The position numbers and the translations under genes were made by a program. A DNA stretch of 12,842 nt from Thermostichus sp. DRC_bins_24 (GTDB taxonomy: Bacteria > Cyanobacteriota > Cyanobacteriia > Thermostichales > Thermostichaceae), in NCBI GenBank assembly GCA_039794845.1, contig JAUQVK010000106.1, positions 1-12,842 of the forward strand, in the 5' to 3' direction. Below the pieces are notes generated by a model. It was not told the DNA's origin and searched no databases. It saw only the letters and a program-made list of their open reading frames with translations. Below are positions 1 through 8,350 of this stretch, one piece after another. Position 1 is the stretch's first letter; each line of letters starts with the position of its first letter.

Positions 1-338
1 ATGCCTCTCTGCAACAGTTCATCCAACATCAGGAAGGGGTGAACGAGGCTTTCCGAGAATCCATGCGGCAACAGGAAGAACGCCTGAATCGCGCCCTAGA
101 ACAACAAGCCCAAACCAATGCCTCCTTCCAGGAAAGGTTGGATCGCACCCTAGAGCAACAAGCCCAAACCAATGCCTCTCTGCAACAGTTCATCCAACAT
201 CAGGAAGGGGTGAACGAGGCTTTCCGAGAATCCATGCGGCAACAGGAAGAACGCCTGAACCGCGCCCTAGAACAACAAGCCCAAACCAATGCCTCCTTCC
301 AAGAAAAGTTGGATCGTGCCCTAGAGCAGCAAGCCCAA
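1..338 (+). repeat. 171-bp (57-aa) in-frame tandem repeat with 54-bp (18-aa) internal subrepeats
   Basis: ATGCCTCTCTGCAACAGTTC starts at both 1 and 172, and the copies are nearly identical. The subunit ERLxRxLEQQAQ(TNAS) occurs four times. Confidence 0.9.
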
Positions 339-641
339 CAACTGGCTGCCTACCGGGAAGATCAAAGCCGGAATGCAGAGCGGTTTCAGTCTATGGAATC
401 TATGGTTCAGGGCCATGAGCAAATGATTCGGGAACTTCAGGAAGGGCAAGCTCTGCTTGTCCAATACTTTCAGCAAGAGCACGATGCACGCATTGAGGAT
501 CGGCGACGGTTTAACCGATTCATGGATTCCCAGGAAATCATCAACGATCGCTTGCTCTCAACCATCGAGCGCCTTGATGCCGGATTGGCAGAATTGCGGC
601 GCTACATTCGCTTCACTCGGGAAAACGGCAGTGCCAATTAA
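3..641 (+). CDS. Gln/Glu-rich tandem-repeat coiled-coil protein of unknown function (5'-truncated)
   Basis: The frame is open from position 3 (ASLQQFIQHQEGVNEAF...) to TAA 639-641. The GTG at 39 lies inside a repeat unit, so the true start is probably upstream of the window. The sequence is rich in Q/E/R/L with a heptad-like pattern. Confidence 0.75.
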   Translation, partial: ASLQQFIQHQEGVNEAFRESMRQQEERLNRALEQQAQTNASFQERLDRTLEQQAQTNASLQQFIQHQEGVNEAFRESMRQQEERLNRALEQQAQTNASFQEKLDRALEQQAQQLAAYREDQSRNAERFQSMESMVQGHEQMIRELQEGQALLVQYFQQEHDARIEDRRRFNRFMDSQEIINDRLLSTIERLDAGLAELRRYIRFTRENGSAN

Positions 642-657
642 ACTCTCATCCCCCAGC

Positions 658-1299
658 CTACTCAGAAGAGGTCTCCGTCTGGCCCAAAGACAAATCAACA
701 GGATTAAAGCGATTCATTGCTGTCGTCAGTCCTTCTTGTAAACAGCACTCCACCGCCTCCACCGCCGTATTCAACACCTGCTCTAATACCTCTTTTTCTG
801 CAGGGGTGAATCCTCCTAGCACATGCCCGACCACATCTTTGCTGCCCTTCGGTTTGCCTACCCCCAGCCGCAGTCGGGGAAACGATTCGCTCCCCAAGTG
901 TTGAATTAAGGACTTCATGCCGTTGTGTCCACCCGCCGAGCCGGATCCCCGCAAGCGCAGGCGACCGAGGGGTAGATCCATATCGTCATAAAGAACCAGC
1001 ACCGAGTCGGGATCCCATTTGTACCAATCCAGAACCGCTCGTACCGACTGGCCAGAACGATTCATGTAGGTTTCAGGCTTGAGCAGGCGGCGCTTTCCCC
1101 CCAGAGCAAACCCCTCCCCGTAGGTGCCCTGAAAGCGTTTTTCTACACCCAAAGGGATCCCCCAGCGCTGCGCCAGTCGATCCACCACCATAAAGCCGCA
1201 GTTGTGGCGCGTATCGGCGTATTGAGCGCCAGGATTGCCCAAGCCAACAATTAGCTCAACGGCAACCCTATCCACGGATTTGGGATTGACCAGGGTCAC
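658..1299 (-). CDS. pth: Peptidyl-tRNA hydrolase
   Basis: Motifs LIVGLGNPG, TRHNxGF, KPxTYMNxSG, YDDMDL, GSAGGHNGMKS and RLRLGVG are present. The exact start codon is uncertain. Confidence 0.96.
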   Translation of the reverse strand: MTLVNPKSVDRVAVELIVGLGNPGAQYADTRHNCGFMVVDRLAQRWGIPLGVEKRFQGTYGEGFALGGKRRLLKPETYMNRSGQSVRAVLDWYKWDPDSVLVLYDDMDLPLGRLRLRGSGSAGGHNGMKSLIQHLGSESFPRLRLGVGKPKGSKDVVGHVLGGFTPAEKEVLEQVLNTAVEAVECCLQEGLTTAMNRFNPVDLSLGQTETSSE

Positions 1300-1469
1300 A
1301 GATTTTCTCGCATCCTCGGGCTAAAGTAAGGCATCGGTGTCATTTTTGTTGCTCTACACCGTTCAGAAACCCAGATGAGCTGGGCCGGGCTAGGGTGAGG
1401 AACCCTGCCTTGGGGCTGATGACCCCACCACCGTTCCATTGTGAACCGATTCTGACCGGAGAACCAACC

Positions 1470-2705
1470 ATGCACAGCCCGCACGCCAACCCAAGTGTTC
1501 ACCCCGGTGGAACGGAGTCGGAGACGCTAGGAGCTAACGGTGGGGATGCCTTGCACATGAGCCATCGCCTGATCCAAGTGGGCATTGCCCTTTCTTCCGA
1601 AACGGATTTGGGGCGGCTACTGGAGCTGATCGTCCAACAGGCTAGGGAACTCACCACCTGTGATGGGGGCAGCATTTTCCTCCGTGAAGGAGAAGAATTG
1701 CGCTTTTTCGTGGTCAGTCGCAACGAGCATCTGCGGGATCTGCGCATGCCCCTAAGTCGTTCTAGCATTGCCGGCTATGTGGTGCTGACGGGGGAAAGCT
1801 TGAATTTACCCGATGTTTACGCGTTGCCCCCCCATCTGCCCTACACGTTTAACCGCCAGGTGGATCAACAAATCGGATATCGCACCCGTTCTTTGCTCAC
1901 GGTGCCCATGCGGGATCCCTCTGGGCAGGTGATCGGGGCTTTACAGCTGTTGAACCGCCTCAAACCCAATCCCCCTAGCCCTTTGGATCCCAGCCGAGTG
2001 GCGGAGTGGAGTCAGCCCTTTTCTTGCCTCGAGGCCAGTGTGGCGGAATCGTTGGCTTCACAGGCGGCGGTAGCCTATCAAAATGTGCAATTGCGCGAAG
2101 AGTTGAAATCTGCCCATTTCGAGACGATCTTCTGTTTGTCTCTGGCGGCGGAATATCGGGATCAAGACACGTCTTTACATCTGAAGCGGATGAGCAACTA
2201 CTCCCGCATCATCGCCAAGCATTTGGGTCTTTCCAGCCGTGAACAAGAATTGATTTTCTATGCCAGCCCCATGCACGATGTTGGCAAAATCGGGATCCCA
2301 GATGCCATTTTGCTCAAGCCGGGGCGCTTTACCCCAGAGGAACGGCAGATCATGAACCGGCACCCCGAAATCGGCTACGAAATTCTCAGCAAATCCGACT
2401 CGGAATTGATGAAAAAAAGTGCTGTTATCGCCCTTACCCACCACGAAAAATTTGATGGCAGTGGCTATCCACGGGGGTTGAAAGGAGAAGACATCCCCCT
2501 CGAAGGCCGGATTGTCGCCCTGGCCGATGTGTTCGATGCTTTGGCTAGCCGTCGCCCCTACAAAGAAGCCTGGAATTTGTCGGATATTTTTCAACTGGTG
2601 GAAGAAAGCACAGGTAGCCATTTTGACTCGCAGGTGGTGGCTGCTTTTAACCGCGGCCGCAGCGAAATTCTAGAGATCTATCACCACTATCGAGAAGACA
2701 GATGA
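1470..2705 (+). CDS. GAF domain + HD-GYP cyclic-dinucleotide (c-di-GMP) phosphodiesterase
   Basis: GAF region: SIAGYVVLTGESLNLPDVY...GYRTRSLLTVPM...GALQLLN. HD-GYP region: MHDVGKIGIPDAILLKPG, HHEKFDGSGYPRGLKGEDIP, ADVFDAL..RRPYK. ATG 1470 follows GGAGAA at 1458-1463; GTG 1395 is an alternative start. Confidence 0.92.
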   Translation: MHSPHANPSVHPGGTESETLGANGGDALHMSHRLIQVGIALSSETDLGRLLELIVQQARELTTCDGGSIFLREGEELRFFVVSRNEHLRDLRMPLSRSSIAGYVVLTGESLNLPDVYALPPHLPYTFNRQVDQQIGYRTRSLLTVPMRDPSGQVIGALQLLNRLKPNPPSPLDPSRVAEWSQPFSCLEASVAESLASQAAVAYQNVQLREELKSAHFETIFCLSLAAEYRDQDTSLHLKRMSNYSRIIAKHLGLSSREQELIFYASPMHDVGKIGIPDAILLKPGRFTPEERQIMNRHPEIGYEILSKSDSELMKKSAVIALTHHEKFDGSGYPRGLKGEDIPLEGRIVALADVFDALASRRPYKEAWNLSDIFQLVEESTGSHFDSQVVAAFNRGRSEILEIYHHYREDR

Positions 2706-2890
2706 AAACCCCAGCGTTTTTGTTTCCCGGGGCCTGAAGAAGGGATCCCGGGTTCTGTTTTCCGCCAAATGTCGTAGCCGGATAGAGACGATGCAAGGCA
2801 AACTGAAGGTGCTGGTTCATCCGCACCAGGCTGACCAACTGATGTGTTGCTTTACACATTTACCCTCAATGAACGCAGAGGATCCCTGTG

Positions 2891-4009
2891 ATGGCCCCCC
2901 TGACCAATCCTCCCACCCTCTCGATCGACACTCGACTGCGGGATCTGAGTTTGATCGACTTTCAGGTCAGCGATTCTACCCCCTGTGAAAATATCGTGCG
3001 CCGCTTGGAAGACGACCCCAGCCTTTCGGGGGTAATCGTGGTGGATGGCCTATCGCGGGTACAGGGGATGTTGACTCGCCGCGCCATTTTGGAGTGGATG
3101 CTGAGTAAGCCTTACGGTTTGGATGTTTTTCTGAAGCGACCGATCAGCTCCATGGTGGAGTTTCATCAGCGGGAGTTTTTGCTGCTGCCTGGAGATAGCG
3201 ATGTAATCGAGGCAGCCAGCCGTGCGTTCCAGCGGCCCGAAGAGACCATTTACGATCCGGTGGTGGTGCAACTGGGATCCTATGACTACCGCCTGCTGGA
3301 TGTGCCGGTGTTGTTGGTGGCACAAGCCCAGGTGCATTTGGCCACCCAACAAAAACTGCGGGAACAGCAGCTAGAGATGCAGTCGGTTTTGGTGGCCCTC
3401 GAGCAGGAGAAAAACCGCAGCCTACAATACGCCAAAGACCTAGAGCGGCAAAAAGCCGAGATCCTCAGCCAAAACCTGGCCCTAGAAGTGGAACGTCGCC
3501 AAGCTCAGGAGCGCTCGGAAGAACTGGCTCGACTCAATGCCCGCATCATTGAGATTAGCTCCGTGCTCTCGGAAAAAGGCCAATCCACCTTTGCCGCCAC
3601 CTTCAAGGGGGTAGAGGTCGTCCGCAGCCTCACCGGAGAGATCACCGCCAGCAGCCAGGAACTGTCCCGCGAGCTGCGGGAGATCGGCACGATCGTGGAC
3701 TTGATTGTGGAAGTGGCCGGATATATCCGGTTGCTCTCTTTTAATGCCGCCGTAGAAGCCAACCGCAGCAGCGGCAGTGTCGGCGGGTTTGGGGCCATTG
3801 CCCAAGAAATTCGCAAATTGGCGGGGCGTACCACCGAGGCCAGCAACCGCATTCGCAGCTTGGCAGAGCGCATCCAACGCAAGAGCCAATCAACCCTGCA
3901 GTCCGCCCAGGCGAGCTCCGAGGTGGTGCAGTCCCTCTATCAGCAGGCACAATCGGCCCAGTCAGCTTTGGATCAACTGCAAACCCTGTTGGCGAACGTC
4001 CATATTTGA
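2891..4009 (+). CDS. Soluble CBS-domain / coiled-coil / methyl-accepting chemotaxis (MCP) signalling-like fusion protein
   Basis: N-terminus is CBS-like (GVIVVD...GMLTR...PYGLDVFLKRPI...YDPVVV...LLDV). A Q/E-rich coiled coil follows. The C-terminal LLSFNAAVEANR..GGFGAIAQEIRKLA resembles the MCP hairpin tip LLALNAAIEAARAGE.GRGFAVVA.EVRKLA. No transmembrane segment is evident. Start is GTG 2888 or ATG 2891. Confidence 0.8.
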   Translation: MAPLTNPPTLSIDTRLRDLSLIDFQVSDSTPCENIVRRLEDDPSLSGVIVVDGLSRVQGMLTRRAILEWMLSKPYGLDVFLKRPISSMVEFHQREFLLLPGDSDVIEAASRAFQRPEETIYDPVVVQLGSYDYRLLDVPVLLVAQAQVHLATQQKLREQQLEMQSVLVALEQEKNRSLQYAKDLERQKAEILSQNLALEVERRQAQERSEELARLNARIIEISSVLSEKGQSTFAATFKGVEVVRSLTGEITASSQELSRELREIGTIVDLIVEVAGYIRLLSFNAAVEANRSSGSVGGFGAIAQEIRKLAGRTTEASNRIRSLAERIQRKSQSTLQSAQASSEVVQSLYQQAQSAQSALDQLQTLLANVHI

Positions 4010-4039
4010 CGGGGATAGGCCGGCGTTAAGGGGTGCGGC

Positions 4040-5260
4040 TTAAGCGGGATCCACCCAGCGGCCATCGGCTTTGATCAGCTCGATCAGTTCCCTTACCCCA
4101 TCTGCTTCAGGCACCTTCTTCACCTCTTCTTTGCCACGATAGAGGGAGATGAATCCTGGGTTTTTGCCAACGTAGCCATAATCGGCGTCGGCCATTTCTC
4201 CGGGACCGTTGACGATGCAGCCCATCACCGCAATATCTAGGCCCACCAGATGCTGGGTGGCAGAGCGGACCTTGTGCAGCACCTCCTCTAGGTTGAACAG
4301 CGTCCGACCACAGGAAGGGCAAGCCACGTACTCCACCATCGTCTTGCGCAGGTTTAGGGCCTGCAAAATGCTGTAGGCAACGGGGATCTCTTTTTCTGGC
4401 GCTTCCGTCAGAGAGACGCGAATGGTATCGCCAATTCCTTCGGCTAAGAGGGTGCCAATCCCCACTGCCGACTTGATCCGGCCATACTCCCCGTCGCCCG
4501 CCTCGGTCACTCCCAAGTGGAAGGGATAGTTCAATCCGAGGGAGTCGAAGCGCTGGGCCGCCAGACGATAAGCCGCCAACATCACCTGCGGACGGGAAGC
4601 TTTGAAGGAAAGGACCAAATTGTGAAAGTCTTGCTCTGCGCAGATCTGGGCAAATTCTAGGGCCGACTCTACCATGCCCTCAGGTGTGTCCCCGTAAGTG
4701 AACAGCATGCGCTCCGCCAGGGATCCGTGGTTGACCCCAATGCGCATGGCTTTGTTCTGATCCTTAAGGGTTTGCACCAGGGGGGTAAAGGTTTCGCGGA
4801 TTTTGTTGCGGATTGCCTCAAATTCGGCTTGGGTGTATTCGGTGCGACCGGGCTGCGGTTTTTCAAAGACAAATAGCCCCGGATTAATGCGCACTTTATC
4901 GACGTATTTGGAGACTTCCAGAGCAATTTTGACGCCGTTGTGATGGACATCCGCCACCAAGGGCACCGGCTTGTAGGTTTGGCGTAGCCGATCCCGAATT
5001 GCTTCCATCGCCTTGGCATGGGCCATACTCGGGGTGGTGACCCGCACAATTTCTGACCCGGCTTCGTGCAGACGGCGGATCCCGGCCACAGCGGCTTCGA
5101 TGTCGAGGGTGTCTTCGTTGATCATGGATTGCACCACCACCGGGTGCTGACTGCCGATTAACACATCCGCTACTGCGACTGTTCGTGTGGGGCGGCGGGG
5201 ATAGACCGGTTCTGGGTAGGGCTGCTGAGTGGAGGGAATGGGCCGATCCAGGGTTTGCAT
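4040..5260 (-). CDS. ispG: (E)-4-hydroxy-3-methylbut-2-enyl-diphosphate synthase
   Basis: Motifs [53 protein letters not shown] and [13 protein letters not shown] (Fe-S ligands) are present. Confidence 0.98.
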   Translation of the reverse strand: MQTLDRPIPSTQQPYPEPVYPRRPTRTVAVADVLIGSQHPVVVQSMINEDTLDIEAAVAGIRRLHEAGSEIVRVTTPSMAHAKAMEAIRDRLRQTYKPVPLVADVHHNGVKIALEVSKYVDKVRINPGLFVFEKPQPGRTEYTQAEFEAIRNKIRETFTPLVQTLKDQNKAMRIGVNHGSLAERMLFTYGDTPEGMVESALEFAQICAEQDFHNLVLSFKASRPQVMLAAYRLAAQRFDSLGLNYPFHLGVTEAGDGEYGRIKSAVGIGTLLAEGIGDTIRVSLTEAPEKEIPVAYSILQALNLRKTMVEYVACPSCGRTLFNLEEVLHKVRSATQHLVGLDIAVMGCIVNGPGEMADADYGYVGKNPGFISLYRGKEEVKKVPEADGVRELIELIKADGRWVDPA

Positions 5261-5296
5261 AGCTTGCTTGGGGCTAAAAAGGGCTGCTCTAGCTTG

Positions 5297-5302
5297 ATTG
5301 TA
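5297..5302 (-). promoter_or_regulatory. Putative -10 box (TACAAT) for ispG
   Basis: TACAAT lies on the minus strand about 37 nt upstream of the ispG ATG. Confidence 0.4.
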
Positions 5303-5348
5303 GGCGGAAATTGGGGAGGGGCCGGGCGAAAGGCTATGCCATCAAATC

Positions 5349-5376
5349 TTTGGATATCTCCTTTTGAATATCTCCT
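5349..5376. repeat. 14-bp tandem direct repeat TTTG(G/A)ATATCTCCT
   Basis: 5349-5362 and 5363-5376 differ at a single base. The repeat is intergenic, upstream of ispG. Confidence 0.7.
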
Positions 5377-5431
5377 GTCTTACTCACGCTGTGAGCCCTT
5401 GTTCTGTGATCCCGAAGCGGAAATTAGGCCG

Positions 5432-6250
5432 CTAAGCGCTTCGACCTAGCTTGGGATAGGCACTGAGGGGTTCAATACCGATAATCTCAACGGGATCCCC
5501 TACCTTCAGGCGTTTGCCCACTTCGGTTCTCGGGATCCAGGTATTCAACCCGAGGCGATAAAAGTGATCGAAGCGGCTGGCTTCGGCCCAGTCGGGTAAG
5601 GTTTTTTGCCGCTGGGCGACGAAGTGTTTCTGAAAGCCGAGATAGGAGGCTCCCGAGATGGGATCCCGGGTGGGAACAATGCAGCGGGCACAGGGGTTGA
5701 TCCCCAACAGCTCCACTTCACCGATGCGAAAGCGTACCACCTGATTCGCCCGGGCGAAGAGGCAATCCTCCCAAAAGGGCGGACATTCCGATAGCTCGAT
5801 ATTCATGCGAAACCGTTGCCGCACCTCTTCAGAGGTGAGGCCAGGGAACCAGTTGGCCACTACTTCCAGCGTTGGGGTGCTGATCAGTGTGGGGCCGTTG
5901 GCATCAGGATCATCCGGGAACCCCCTGATGGGCTCCTCCAGCAGGCGGACCGGAAAGCCGAACCAGTTGCTCAGCCACCTTTGCAAGGGATCCCGTTCTT
6001 GTTGCAAATCAAACTGGCCGGCTTGGCCCTCACCCCACAACTGCACCTGACGCAACTGCGGATCGAACTGGGCCCGCAGGCGATGGATCTGGGCATGGCG
6101 TTTGCCGTTGACGTGCTTTCCTTGAGCATCTACCAGCGCGTATTGCCGATCTCCTTGCAGAGATCCTTCAGCCGTCAGGCCTACCTCCGACAGGGATACC
6201 CCATCCAACGACTTAATGGGGTAAATGATCAGCTCGGCAACATCAGGCAT
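5432..6250 (-). CDS. MOSC domain protein (MOSC N-terminal beta-barrel + MOSC)
   Basis: Motifs IYPIKSLDG, GDRQYALVD, RFRMNI, PCARCIVPTRDP.SG and LKVGDPV are present. ATG 6250 is preferred; upstream starts at 6292-6298 would abut the previous gene. Confidence 0.88.
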   Translation of the reverse strand: MPDVAELIIYPIKSLDGVSLSEVGLTAEGSLQGDRQYALVDAQGKHVNGKRHAQIHRLRAQFDPQLRQVQLWGEGQAGQFDLQQERDPLQRWLSNWFGFPVRLLEEPIRGFPDDPDANGPTLISTPTLEVVANWFPGLTSEEVRQRFRMNIELSECPPFWEDCLFARANQVVRFRIGEVELLGINPCARCIVPTRDPISGASYLGFQKHFVAQRQKTLPDWAEASRFDHFYRLGLNTWIPRTEVGKRLKVGDPVEIIGIEPLSAYPKLGRSA

Positions 6251-6294
6251 GGTCTGGCTTACCCCATCAGGAGCCCTCGGCCGGCCAATCATCA

Positions 6295-6813
6295 TCAACC
6301 GTCGGCTTCGGTGGGGTAGTCAGTGAAGGGTTGTTGGCTGCGAATGAAATCTTTGGGGCTGACGTTCTCCACAAACTTACGAAATGCTTCCCGTTCCTCT
6401 TCGTCGGCATCTTGGTTCATGGGAATGGAGGCTTCCGCGATCACCTCTTCTACCGTCCAGATGGGGACATGAGCCCGCAGGGCAATGGCAATCGCATCGC
6501 TGGGGCGACAGTCGATCTCTTGTTTCTTCTCGCCGTTCAGGGTGGTGAGCACTGCATAAAACGTGTTGTCCAGTAGCGCATGAATGACAACGCGCTCCAA
6601 GGTGATCCCCCAGGTCTCCCAGGAGTTGAGGAGCAGATCATGGGTCATGGGGCGCAGGGGCTTTTGGTCATCCAGGGCCTGCAAAATGGCATTGGCCTCC
6701 GCCTTACCCACCCAAATGGGCAGAGCACGACGCTCACTGCTGTCGCGCAGAATAACAATGGGGTTCTGGTTGATGGCATCGACCGCGATCCCAGCCACAT
6801 GCATCTCGATCAT
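6295..6813 (-). CDS. Bifunctional nuclease family protein (DUF151)
   Basis: Motifs PIVIL, LPIWVG..EA.AI, RPMTHDL, FYA and IDCRPSDAIAIALR are present. ATG 6813 has GGAGG about 9 nt upstream. Confidence 0.92.
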   Translation of the reverse strand: MIEMHVAGIAVDAINQNPIVILRDSSERRALPIWVGKAEANAILQALDDQKPLRPMTHDLLLNSWETWGITLERVVIHALLDNTFYAVLTTLNGEKKQEIDCRPSDAIAIALRAHVPIWTVEEVIAEASIPMNQDADEEEREAFRKFVENVSPKDFIRSQQPFTDYPTEADG

Positions 6814-6876
6814 GAGCAACTGCCTCCAGCCATTAGCTTGATCGTATCTATGGGTGTCAAAGTTTGGCAACACAGC

Positions 6877-7653
6877 ATGAATCAACTCTGTAGCCCGACT
6901 GCCGTGGCTTTGATCGGCGGCACTGGTGAAAGCCGCAGCCTGGCCCAAGTCCTCAGCCAACAGGGGATCCCTTGGCTGGTTACCGTTACAACCGAGAGGG
7001 CCCAGAGGCTTTACCAGGGTTTGCCGGGGCCGGTGATCGTCACGCGGTTTTCGCAGCAGTCTCTACTCCAGTTCTTGCAGGACTGGCAGGTGCGGGTGGT
7101 GGTGGATGCCTCCCATCCTTTTGCTACGGAGATCTCACGGTTGGCGATGGAGGTGGCAGCGCAACGGCGGATCCCCTACCTGCGCTACGAACGGCCTAGT
7201 TTTCCCCTGGATCCTGAAGTGCGGCTGGCAGCCGATTGGCAAGAGGTGTTATCCGATGCAGTGCTGTTGAGGCGGCGGGTGCTGCTGATGGTGGGGGTGA
7301 AGGCTTTGCCGTTGTTTCTGCCCTGGCGGGAGCGCTGCCAACTGTGGGCGCGGGTGTTGCCAGAATCGGTTCCCCAAGCTGTTCAAGCCGGGATCCCTGC
7401 CGAACGGGTGTTCGGGATGCGCTTGCCCCTGAGCTTTGATGAGGAGTTGCAGCTTTGGCAGCAGTTGCAGATTGAGGTGGGGATCAGCAAAGCTTCTGGA
7501 GAAGCAGGTGGATTGGGGATCAAACAAGCGGTGGCCAAAACCCTGGGGATCCCCTTGTGGGTGATCCGGCGGCCCTTACTTGAGTACCCCTGGTGCAGTG
7601 AGGATTTGGCAGCGGTAGTGCAGGAATGTCAAAGGTTGCTAGGAGACGCCTAA
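6877..7653 (+). CDS. cobK: Cobalt-precorrin-6A / precorrin-6x reductase
   Basis: Motifs LIGGTGE, VVDASHPFA.EIS, IPYLRYERP, SKASG..GG...K and VIRRP match CbiJ/CobK. The ORF-track N-terminal extension is antisense to the DUF151 gene and was trimmed. Confidence 0.92.
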   Translation: MNQLCSPTAVALIGGTGESRSLAQVLSQQGIPWLVTVTTERAQRLYQGLPGPVIVTRFSQQSLLQFLQDWQVRVVVDASHPFATEISRLAMEVAAQRRIPYLRYERPSFPLDPEVRLAADWQEVLSDAVLLRRRVLLMVGVKALPLFLPWRERCQLWARVLPESVPQAVQAGIPAERVFGMRLPLSFDEELQLWQQLQIEVGISKASGEAGGLGIKQAVAKTLGIPLWVIRRPLLEYPWCSEDLAAVVQECQRLLGDA

Positions 7654-7683
7654 TTTCTGCCCAATTTCTAAAAATACAAATCC

Positions 7684-7716
7684 AGAGGATCCGATAGATG
7701 AACTTCCGGATCCTCT
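7684..7716. terminator. Hairpin between convergent cobK and rid; probable intrinsic terminator
   Basis: Perfect 10-bp inverted repeat AGAGGATCCG (7684-7693) / CGGATCCTCT (7707-7716) with a 13-nt loop. On the minus strand it is followed by T-rich GGATTTGTATTTTT. Confidence 0.6.
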
Positions 7717-7737
7717 TAAAGTTCTTCGGAGACTTCT

Positions 7738-8265
7738 TTAGTCAGGCATGCGCACCGCTTCGACTTCGATCTCTACCAACCAGCCTGGATTGACCAAACC
7801 GGCTACTTGCATGGTGGAACGCACCGGCAAATTAGGTTGCTCTTCGGTACCGAAAAACTCCCGATAGCCCTCCATAAATCCGGCAAAATCCATCATGCCA
7901 TCCATCTCCGGATCCCCCACCAAAAACACTTGCATCTTGACCACATCCGACATGGTCATATCGATGCTTTCCAGGATGTCTTGGATCCGCTGCAAAACCC
8001 CTACCGTCTGAGTGTAGGTATTCCCGAAAGCTGCCACACTTCTGGGATCAGCATTGGGATCCACCACAGGGGGCACCTGGCCGCTCAGCATCACCAACGT
8101 GGCTCCGGGGGGCACCTCCACCGCCTGCAAAATTGGAAAATCAGAGTTGGGGATAGGATGACGGATGATTTCCTCAGCCTGAGCAGGGGTAAACCACAGG
8201 GCCAGCGGCAAACTCAAGGCCGGGATCCAGCTACGGCTGACAAAGGGTTTGATGGTTGACAGCAT
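7738..8265 (-). CDS. Rid (YjgF/YER057c/UK114) family imine/enamine deaminase with N-terminal Sec-type signal peptide
   Basis: Motifs LSGQVP, DVVKMQVFLV and PVRSTMQVAGL.NPGWLVEIEV are present, including the conserved Arg. N-terminus MLSTIKPFVSRSWIPALSLPLALWFTPAQA|EE ends in an AxA site. AGGAGA lies 6 nt upstream of ATG 8265. Confidence 0.9.
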   Translation of the reverse strand: MLSTIKPFVSRSWIPALSLPLALWFTPAQAEEIIRHPIPNSDFPILQAVEVPPGATLVMLSGQVPPVVDPNADPRSVAAFGNTYTQTVGVLQRIQDILESIDMTMSDVVKMQVFLVGDPEMDGMMDFAGFMEGYREFFGTEEQPNLPVRSTMQVAGLVNPGWLVEIEVEAVRMPD

Positions 8266-8350
8266 GATCAATCTCCTAAATAACCTGAATCAATTGACAA
8301 AATTGACAAAAATGAAAAGACAGACCCAAAACATGGAATCTGGAATCCGG

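Noticed and set aside
1..338. CRISPR-like repeat array
   Set aside because: Repeats are contiguous, in frame and coding, with no unique spacers.
2780..2850. Possible c-di-GMP riboswitch after the HD-GYP gene (GGCAAAC, small hairpin GGTGC...GCACC)
   Set aside because: It lacks the GNRA tetraloop/receptor and the downstream GCAAAG-type elements; only a weak stem is present.
2850..2870. Possible Pho box (TTTACAC/TTTACCC)
   Set aside because: The repeat period is 8 nt rather than the 11 nt of SphR/PhoB boxes.
6580..6960. Apparent long overlap between extended cobK and DUF151 ORFs
   Set aside because: Homologous motifs begin only at ATG 6877 and ATG 6813 (the latter with an RBS); the extensions are artefacts of longest-ORF calling.
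8292..8347. Short duplications AATTGACAA x2 and TGGAATC x2 between LAAO and rid
   Set aside because: There are only two copies each, likely from slippage. The plus-strand TTGACA has no convincing -10 at the proper spacing.
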